Part shown: positions 54,849-64,000 of the stretch, one piece after another
Numbering within the stretch: position 1 is the first letter of the stretch
Layout: every line of letters starts with the position of its first letter
Origin: Lingula anatina
Taxonomy: Eukaryota > Animalia > Brachiopoda
Direction: 5' to 3'
Length of the DNA stretch: 64,000 nt
NCBI GenBank assembly: GCA_051362555.1
Contig: CM120640.1
Span: 1,488,001-1,552,000 of the forward strand
The notes under the pieces: model-generated
What the model was told of the DNA's origin: nothing
What the model saw: the letters and a program-made list of their open reading frames with translations, nothing else
The model's database searches: none
Program-made: the position numbers and the translations under genes

Positions 54849-57800
54849 TCAAACTTCCGATCCTTCACGGTCATAGCACGCCAAGCTGTGTCTACGATAC
54901 GGCTCGTATTCCTCCAGTGTATCCAGCATGGGGCCTATCACGATGTTGGAGGCGCTCTGCTGGCGGACATGTTGACTGAGGACCCTGGATGCTGGATGCT
55001 GCATACTGAGAGGACGGTGCATTTGTGGTTTGCTTTTACGCATCTCCCCTAGTATGTCACCTGAAAGTTAAATTAGATTTTTTCATAATATATGGATAGC
55101 CCCAGTAAATTCTGATTTGGCAAGGTTGATTAAAAAAACATCAATCTTTATAGGATTCTTTTGTTTCATTTATAAAATCATGAGATTTTAAACTGATTTC
55201 ATTGATGTATTGCACTGAAAAGATTCTAACCTTGCTAAATTAGTGAAAACTACATTTACATCACATTTAAATTATCATGCACAACTGTCTTACTGAAAAC
55301 ATAATAAACATTTAAATTACCTTATGAAAATTTCTTTTAACACAAAAAGTAAAACTATTACTAAACATTCAGAGTTGCAGGCTAAGTAAAAATAATAACA
55401 AAGTTGAAAATGTCACTTAGACTGGGTTTCCATAAACCTATCGTACGAGTACTCTGAGGGGATTCTCACTAAATTGCATTCAGTTTAAAATATCTGGCAC
55501 ACCCACTGAAGCTGCTAGGGGGGTAATTAACTTTCATGCACGCTTAAACTGAATGCAATTTAGCAAGAATCCCCTTGGAGATAAATCAATCCTGCTAGTA
55601 CAATAGCGTTATGGGAATGGTCCCTTAGTGAACATGAAGTCTTGTACCTGAGGACTTGGACCTCAGCAGGACCTCTGGTACCACTGTTGCGGGAATGATG
55701 GGCTCTGAGCCACCCTCGTAGTAGCCTCGTACCCCAAGATACGGGTCTACTATCTGGGCTAACAGGGACTCCACCTTGAAGAAATTCTCTGTTGGGGGGA
55801 GACTCTCTCTTAACCTCTGGAAAAAAGTTATGATGATTTAATATATAGTATTCCATCTCCAGGCACAATGTTGTTTCCCCATCATTCATTTGGTGCTGAA
55901 TATTTAAGAGTTTTCTGAAAGTTTTTTATCACTCAATTTTTTCCTCTTACAGACGGGTTCTACAATTCCAAAAATTAATCTAAAGAAATTTATTTCTGCA
56001 TGATATAAATAATAAACTAAAAGATACTTAAGTCTATAATTTGACATTTATAACTATAATTAGTCTATAATAATTAGTTTATCATATCAGCTTATCTCAC
56101 CTGCAACACTAACAACATTTGAGTAACGGCAGGTGGAATTTCAAACCCTGCCCCTACACATGCTGAAAAAATATATAAGACAGATAATAAATATAAACAA
56201 TAATACTGTGAGGGACATGCTTGACATGCTTGATGTTAATTACAGCTACGTGCAGTTCACTAAATGTTATAGTTGGTTTAAATGTCATGTTAGTCAAAAC
56301 TAAATATTCTAAAAATTATCTAAAGGGCACACTAGATCAATATTTACTGATGGTCTGACACATCTACTGATTCAAGTGGACAGCAAAATAGTAGGAAAAT
56401 ATTTGGGAAGTAAATAATATTAGCTTTTGTCATATTCGTGAGAGGATAAAATTATATCTTGATAGCACTTTTTCTTTTGCCATTTTGAATAAATTTTGCC
56501 GAGATAATTTCTTTAATGATAACTTTTTAATTTGAGAAAAGGGTATTAAAAAAAAAACAAACAAAAAAATTAAATCTGCCTTACTAAGTACATTTTAAAT
56601 ATGTATGTATTCCCATTTCCAAAATGAAAATACTTGACAAGAGGCAAACCAAGCAGAACAAATTTTTTTGGGAAAAAATCAGCAAAAGCAGGCCTACCCA
56701 ACTACCAGACTTGGCACCGAATGATCCAGAATTCACCGGTAAATCGGACCACACTACCCATTTTCAAGGTGTGTATCAGATCGCATTACATAGTATCAGA
56801 CGCGACACCGCTCTTGCCTAGTACGCGATGTGATAGTGACGATTCTCAGCGGGGTTGAAAAGCATTGCATCACCACTCAAAATTGGTTCAGGGAAATACT
56901 GTGAAATGCGATCTGATACACACCTTGAAAACGGGTAGTGGTAGTTGGGTAGGCCTGAAAAGGCAGTTAAAAATAAAATTAGCTGGAAAACCATGATCAT
57001 GTAGTAACTGTGATCAGTCAAGTCTTTTTCTTCACGCTGTAAAATGAGTCTTTCTGCATGGTTCTTAGCTCCTTACTGACACGTAGCAACAGAAACCAAA
57101 AGTTAGTTACTGTGGAAATTAATAAAAAAGCAAAACAAAAACCAAATACCTTCAAACTCAGTTTTTAGCAAAACAATATCTCTAAATCCCAACAGAGTGA
57201 CTTGGCGGATAGAGAGTTCCTTTGTCTGGAAGTCCCAAGGTTAGGAGGAACAAGAGATAGTTTAGTAAGGGTGACAGTGACGTGTGAAAAAATGCACAAA
57301 AGACACAACACTGAAGAAAAACAAAGTCCAAAGCACAAGTAAATTAGGTGAAAGATTAACACTATATTAAACTATGTGCACATTAGTCATATTAACATAC
57401 ACATTTTATATAAATACTGTAGCAAAATGTTAAATACATAAGTAAATCAGCTAATTTGTGCACAGCAATATAGGTACAGTTTTTGAACAATCCAAAAATA
57501 TTTCAATATTTTCAGTTAATTCTACACTAAGTCTTATGCATGCAGTTATTCTGTAGCCATCATAATGATTGTAGTTTATAATTCTGAGAGTATCTTTCCT
57601 ATCTATTTTGGCATGCAATGTGTAAAGAATAAATAAAATACAAGCAGACCACCCATCCCTTGTTGACCATAAATTAGACTGCTCGGTGGTATGCTCAATA
57701 AAAAATAAGTGAGCACAGGCACCAAAAATGATGCCAAGAGCTAATTCAAGGGCTTGAAATAATTTTTACATAAAGGAACAACTAATCTTGATATATACAT

Positions 57801-58158
57801 CATCAGAAATAAATATCTGTGCTCAGAAATTTCAATTTTCTTTAATTTCCTCCAAGTCATGTTGTAATAATGACTGCAGGTGTAAGACCCATGATCAAAC
57901 CAACACATCATCATTTCATCCACAACTATTAGTACAAGGAAAATTCAGTTGATTGCACACACCAGGTAGTTAATTAGGAAAGGTGTGAGTATACTGGTAA
58001 TACAGGTGTGCCAGGTAGACAGGTATCAGATCTGATCCAAGTCTGACATCATGCAAAGAGGATCAGGTGATCATACAACAATACATACAGCTACTTAATG
58101 TGTGCACGTGTGTGTGTGTGTGTGTGTGGGTGGGTGGGCACATGCATGCATATGTGTG

Positions 58159-58189
<31 letters not shown>

Positions 58190-58356
58190 ATGAAAAGGGC
58201 ATATTCACCACATCTGTATGACAATACATATGTATAATTTATTTACTTCCTGCATTTCCCAGAGGTTAGGGTAATTAGTTTTGGAATTAACGATGACTAC
58301 ATACATGACTATACACCAACATTCAATATATAAGTGTGAGTATGTATGTGTGCATG

Positions 58357-58392
<36 letters not shown>

Positions 58393-60517
58393 TGCATGTG
58401 TGTGTGTGTATGTGTGTGTAGTATATTAGACAAAATGATTTATATTCCTCAGTATTATATTCCTTCTACACAGGACTCCACACTCCATACTAAGGCATAC
58501 ATGTGGGTGAACCCAATCATAAACATGCTGCAATATATCATGGCATATGACAGACCACTCCATTTCATATGAACTGTCTGAACCCCAGCTTATCTCTGCT
58601 GGAGGTGATAAGATACTCAAAATGCATGCTTTGGAGCAAAGTTTTTAGCTTTAAGATTTTACAGCACTTCACTTTTACATAAGCCTAGATTCCAGTAGTG
58701 TGAGCGTTTTGGAGCTTCACTTTTAAAGAAAATGTACAGTGTACCTGATACTTAATCCCTATAGAAGCAATATAATGGACTTCTTTTTTTATTGTCCCAA
58801 TCTCTTTTTCTAAACAATTACATGTGTTTATTGCTTTTTCACGCAACATTACATTCACTTTTTGAGCTGTGGTTTCAATTTCACTTTTTATTTCTACCTT
58901 GGCTCAAGCCAAAGAAAGGCAAAATTGATAAATATATCTCTCTATGGTATTTTGAAGTTGGAAAATTATTATTCTAAAGAGTAAGAATCCATTACAATGA
59001 TGAAATTGTTGAAAATGCCAGGAAAAACGGTTTATAATATTTTTTCAAGACCCAAAATTCCATGTGCTGTCTCTACAATCTATTAATTTCATTTCCACTC
59101 ATTAAAATTAATCATGTTACAGTTTAATAGTAACACAGAGTTTAAAAAATAACACAAGGCAAGCAAATACAAAATAAAAGTAGCTTATGAGGCACCAGTA
59201 ATAAGAATATGATTAATCAGTGTAACATTCTGACTTGCCATACTTTATATATTACCTGTATGGGCTGAAGTATGGCCTGAATCAAGGGCAAAATCTCTCT
59301 GAAAAATTTGTTCCACAATTCCCCAAGGTGGTATAATAGCTCCTTGTCTAGGAAAAAAAGTATTCTATAATAAACGTATCATTCTGTAATAAACGTATCA
59401 CACCTAAAGCTAGTAATTCTTTAAGTTATATGGTTCATACCTGTTGTTGTCTTCAAACTAAATATTGCACAACAAATCAAATCACTCAACACATTGAATC
59501 AATTTGCAATACTAGTGCTTGTGTCTTTTTAAATCACAACTCTAAGCAGGCAATTATATCACAGACAATATAAATCCCTCCTCTAAGAAACATGCTACAT
59601 CCGGCTCCCTTATCAGCTTATCATAATTAACAGAATTAATGCATATGCAGCTCTACCAAGTAAACAACAATTCAATCATATATCAAATCAAAACACAACA
59701 ACACCTACTAGCATATCATTTTTTTCAGCCAAACGTATGACTTTCACTAGTAAGTTCAAAAACATTTTTTGTTTTCTATACATGGTACAGACTACAATTT
59801 GCAGTGTAGTGTATCATCACCTCAACAATATTATGAACCTGAACTTTAACCAAGTTCACTGGTTATTAAGGGAAAAGAGTTATATTGAATTTCCTTATTA
59901 ATTTTCTAAATCTTCAAAAAATAACATTTTTTCACTTGCTGATTTACGGTTTCAAAACATTTAAATAAATTATTACCTCTGTAGTGTTTTATCTTTTCTC
60001 TTAATATCACCATTCCCTTTTTCAGCAACTGGTCCTACAAAGAGAAATGTCTGATTGTTAAAATTACAGCCATAAGCCATATCCACATTGAAGTTGGTGT
60101 AGTTTAAGAATTTGGATGAACCTAAGGAATATACAGAATTATTTGAAACAATTAGCTTAATGAATAAAACAATTCCTACATTATCATTACTAATACTTAT
60201 AAATCAAACAAAAGCATTTTCTTGCTATACTGTAAAATTATGCAACTTTAAAATACAACTGCAATGAATTTACCCCCTTCCAATAAATGGGCAACATTTA
60301 AACATACCCTGTAAAATTCATAAATGAATGGCCCGACATCAGACTTGACCAGGTCTCTAAAAATAAAGAACATGAGCGTGATCAGAAATATGGAGTGCAT
60401 GTTATTACAGTACATGTGTTGGTACTAGTACAGCTATAATGTAGGGAGTGATGCAATTCCTATAACCTGGGGTGGGGGTGGGGATTGTTTTCTAAGTTTA
60501 TAAATTTATATGGAGTG

Positions 60518-60579
<62 letters not shown>

Positions 60580-61727
60580 ATAAGATGTGGGGACATAGCA
60601 ACAATTTAAGGACTGATGCCAGTATAACCTAAAAATCAATATTGAGAAAGACAGATGTAGCTTTTTTTTAAAAAAAACATAACACTGTAATAAATACATT
60701 GGAACTAAAACACAGGAAACCAGACAAGAAATAACCACTACAGACGACGTGATGCCAGTCATTACCGGCCATTATACCTGACTATTTCCAGGATTTCTGG
60801 TAACTCAAGTGGATCTATTCTCTTCTGTTGGAATACTGTCACTATAGCTGATTGAACCCTGGAAAACCAATTTATGGATTATCTCTACTGCATGAGAAGG
60901 AAATTATAAGACCTAACAATTTCATGGCAGGAAATTGGAGCTTAAAATAATTTCCTGTAAAATGTCATAGCCTACTGATACCATACATGCTGTTAGCAAC
61001 ATATACATATAAACTGACAGTAAATACAAATGGAAGTACAATAAAATGCAGACTTCACAGTGGTCACAGATAACAGGCATTTGTAAACAGTTAAAATAAA
61101 GGACTAGTACTTGTGCTCTAACATTACTATTTGTTTATGGTGAGTCTTTCTCCCAAAATAAGTTAATAGATAAAAATAATTATATATATAAAAACTCAGA
61201 GAGGTAGGTCAGGTCACAGCTTGCAAATGATATCTGTGACATGTACCTTCCTTGGCCCACTTGTGACCCATCCTGAAAATTTTATCAAAATCTGTGCATG
61301 ACTATTTTTGCAAAATGCTATAAATAGACAAACAAATAAACTACATATACCTACCTACCTTACTAACTATTTAACTAACAAAACCAAAAACATTACTAGT
61401 ACAGTACCTCCTTAAAATATGTCATAAATCAATCAATAATTTGAATAAACAAAACAACAACAATAAATATTGGAAATAAATCAATAATAAATAAACAATA
61501 AATTTTATGAAGTGTAATAATGCACATATTAAGTAACGCGGACACACGTATTTGGAGTACCTGTTCCAGTATTCATTTCTGGAGCCAAATCCCTCGTGAG
61601 GCAGAGAGGACCTTGTCGGGCTCCTTGGAGGAGGCGTCATCATCGCGGGGACAAAATAAGGCGGAAACTCTCCAGGACTGCCTCGACGATACAACTCGCC
61701 CAAACTTGATGAGACATTCCTGTTCAT
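54849..61727 (-). CDS. PRR5: Proline-rich protein 5 / PRR5L-like (Protor, mTORC2 subunit)
   Basis: Exons 61727-61561, 60858-60778, 60356-60308, 60034-59977, 59347-59256, 57225-57150, 56162-56101, 55816-55648, 55060-54849 in phase. Motifs WNRVQSAIVTVFQ, DQLLKKGMVILREKI, LWNKFFREILPLIQAI, ELSIRQVTLLGFRDIVLL, PPAVTQMLLVLQ, IVDPYLG match the Protor (HbrB-like) domain. Confidence 0.88.
55457..55573. mobile_element. Small MITE, apparently nested in an older inverted-repeat element (~55423-55624)
   Basis: ggggattctcactaaattgcattcagtttaa ... ttaaactgaatgcaatttagcaagaatcccc; weaker outer inverted repeat ccataaacctatcgtac / gtacaatagcgttatgg. Confidence 0.7.
56689..56957. mobile_element. MITE with CAGG termini (hAT-like)
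   Basis: caggcctacccaactacca...tggtagttgggtaggcctg plus an internal ~45-bp inverted repeat (ttttcaaggtgtgtatcagatcgcatt / aatgcgatctgatacacaccttgaaaa); aaaag on both flanks. Confidence 0.8.
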
Positions 61728-62025
61728 CTTGGATAAACCCCCGTGGGTGTATAATTCTAAGTGTACATGACAAAAGCGGTGTTTGCAGCTACTTTACAAA
61801 TTGTTTGACTTCACTTCCGCAGTCATCTCTCTCGTTTGGCAAAGCGCCTTGCAGCACAGCTCCCGTTTACTACCATCCACATATAGGTCTCATTTTCAGT
61901 AGAGAACGTATTCAATGAAAATAGGTATGATTGGGTCTCAAAAAGAGGTTAAAGCGTGGATAGTAACCAAATCGGAGGTTAAAATCTCCAAATGCAAAAG
62001 AGTTGCAAAGCATGTTAGCTGGAGA
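61728..62025. promoter_or_regulatory. Bidirectional promoter PRR5/LYRM2
   Basis: Divergent ATGs ~300 bp apart; ETS-like CACTTCCG at ~61812; CCAAT-type ATTGG at ~61930. Confidence 0.6.
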
Positions 62026-62678
62026 ATGGTAGCTTCAAAGCTGCCGGAGAAAACCCTTTCGTTTTCCCGGGTGAGTATTTTTCCGAGTTTTGTTATAAAT
62101 TTTATCCTTATGATCCAAAGAGTTACGATGCACCTATTACGTAGAACTGTTAAAATTGACTGCAAAAGTTCAGATATCCACGTTTTTCTTTCGCAGTTCT
62201 TGCTGCGTGCCGAGGTGTTGAAGCTGTACAGGCAGTTTGGCCGCACTCTGCAGTGTGTGCCTGATAAGAGTCACAGAGCAGAGCTGCAGACCTGGGTGCG
62301 GACTGGGTTCAAACAGAATATCGGACTGGAAGATGAAGTAATTTTTGAAAAACGCCATTGTGCAATAAATTAGACACAAACTGTAGATGAATAAAGAAAT
62401 TAAAATAAAATAAGTGAATTAAAATAAAATTGTTGAGAAAAAAAGTTGTTGGCTGCTTATATGTACATGTAGAACAGAACTTGTACACTGCATTTGATAT
62501 GTAAAAATATACATCTTTTACATTATTTGCAAATATAATTTTGTCAAAAATCAAATGGTTTTTACATTAAATTTTTGTTCTCAATTGACAGCTAGCCATC
62601 AAGATGTGTATCAGCCAAGCTCAGAAGCAGCTGAAGGAACTTGAGAGGATGTTGAAATTGTCTCAGGTATCAAAGTGA
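62026..62678 (+). CDS. LYRM2: LYR motif-containing protein 2 (mitochondrial)
   Basis: Exons 62026-62070, 62197-62337, 62592-62678: MVASKLPEKTLSFSR|FLLRAEVLKLYRQFGRTLQCVPDKSHRAELQTWVRTGFKQNIGLEDE|LAIKMCISQAQKQLKELERMLKLSQVSK*. LYR motif and downstream F; closely parallels recalled LYRM2. Confidence 0.9.
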
Positions 62679-63307
62679 TCTTCATGTCACGGCATTTGCC
62701 AGAAAAAGTTCAGTCAAGAAGTAACATATGGTAAAAAATGGAGCCAGTGAAGACTTCTGTTACTTTATTTCCAACAACTGCACAAGTGTGCAGTGAACCT
62801 CAGATAAGCTAATCTATACATACAGCACAAATGTCATGTGATGACTCTACCTCACTCAGTTGTCACTTTACACGTGTCACTCCACATGACACATGGCGCC
62901 ATGCTCTGGCTGCAGTGTGTCCCAGTGATTTTATTATTGGTGACAGATATCAAAACATTTCTGGCTGAGAAGTGATGTGACAGCTCTGCACACAATTCCA
63001 AAGTATGGACCTCCAGGAGGCACAGAGTGTGGACTTTCTGTGTGAACTGACATCTGGCATGTTTGCATCTGACAAATTTCCGTGTTGAGAAAGAGATTAT
63101 GAAACCATTTTAAATGCCTTAATTTTTTCACCTTATATGGAGACAGAGAAGGTTTGCAGCGGTTAGTCAAACTCCCTTCAGTTGAGTGGCAAATGTGAAA
63201 TACAGTACTCTCTATTGAATACAGAGAAGGTTACTCAGTGGTTGAAGTGAGGTAATCACCCTCTCCACCACACCTGCTCTGAAATCCTGTGTGTCCTTAA
63301 AGACAAT

Positions 63308-63568
63308 GGCCCAGTTTTATAAAGGACGTTTAGCACTAACCAGTGTTTAACTCTAACCAGACCTTAATAGTCTGTTAGTAAACTGACCTTTAAATAATTA
63401 TTTAATCCAGTCAGACACTGGCCAGTTAACTAATTGGCTGTTTTCTGTTAGAAGACTGTATATAAAACACATTTTAACCATCTTTTAGTTAATGGGTGTT
63501 AGGAGAATTTATCCACTGGTTAGGCTTATCCACTGGTTAGTGCTAAACGTCCTTTATAAAACTGGGCC
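63308..63568. mobile_element. PIF/Harbinger-like MITE with perfect ~38-bp TIRs, TSD AAT
   Basis: aat|ggcccagttttataaaggacgtttagcactaaccagtg...cactggttagtgctaaacgtcctttataaaactgggcc|aat. Confidence 0.9.
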
Positions 63569-64000
63569 AATATTGATAACACATTTTTCCATTAAGTAAA
63601 AATTCTGAATTTCATATAACTTATTTTTAAATCATACTAGTATAATCTTTATGTCATCAGTTAAAAAGGAAATAAAATGGAATTATAACTGAGGATATTT
63701 GCCCTTGTTTTGCATGTTATTTATGCAGGAGTGTGCCAGATTATTATTTAAGTAGTTTTTTTTTTTTTTTTTTTTTGTAATATAAGATACAACCTGCTTC
63801 CGCCTTAGAACTTCTAGATTTTCAAATAATTATCAACACCATTGTGTTAGTTGAGACAATCCAAGCAATCAACGCAATTAACGTCGGCTCATCTTGTGGT
63901 TCTTTTGTACAGGAGATTGGATTCATTTCGGGAAAAGGTATCGTCTAAAATTTCTCACGGGTTTTAGTTTCTTTTCTTTTGCTTACATACGTTTTATACA

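Noticed and set aside
55560-55889. 109-aa minus-strand ORF
   Set aside because: Wrong frame; the true PRR5 exon (55816-55648) reads RLRESLPPTENFFKVESLLAQIVDPYLG in another frame.
58744-58758. Possible PRR5 micro-exon GLSIR resembling ELSIR
   Set aside because: It ends in phase 2, incompatible with neighbouring exons; the authentic exon is 57225-57150.
61915-62373. 152-aa ORF as full LYRM2
   Set aside because: Reads through an in-frame 126-nt intron (62071-62196); the spliced model matches LYRM2 length and sequence better.

Overview
AT-rich, intron-containing animal genomic DNA. Gene content, especially a divergent TALE homeobox gene, suggests a spiralian/lophotrochozoan such as a mollusc (inference). 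Splicing exons by hand at GT-AG junctions with consistent phase gives eight protein-coding genes. In order: the 3' part of TRIM37 (+), with an intronless divergent PBX-like TALE homeobox gene nested antisense in one of its introns; PPM1E/F phosphatase (-); RAD51C (+, head-to-head with PPM1E); CFAP119/CCDC189 (-); a ~2259-aa RING/B-box/coiled-coil (TRIM) protein (+); PRR5/Protor (-); and LYRM2 (+). Several MITEs, a 58-bp minisatellite and microsatellites lie in introns and UTRs. Highlights: (1) the giant TRIM lacks any recognisable C-terminal domain and instead carries ~1300 aa of 11-12-residue D-K-x-T-x-T repeats resembling a very large array of dynein light chain LC8 (TQT-type) sites; (2) the nested TALE gene has a degenerate PBC-like domain and a tandemly amplified motif-rich upstream region; (3) TRIM37-PPM1E-RAD51C matches the human 17q22 gene cluster; (4) short duplications of splice junctions recur in three genes. 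All identifications come from recalled family motifs; no database searches were run.
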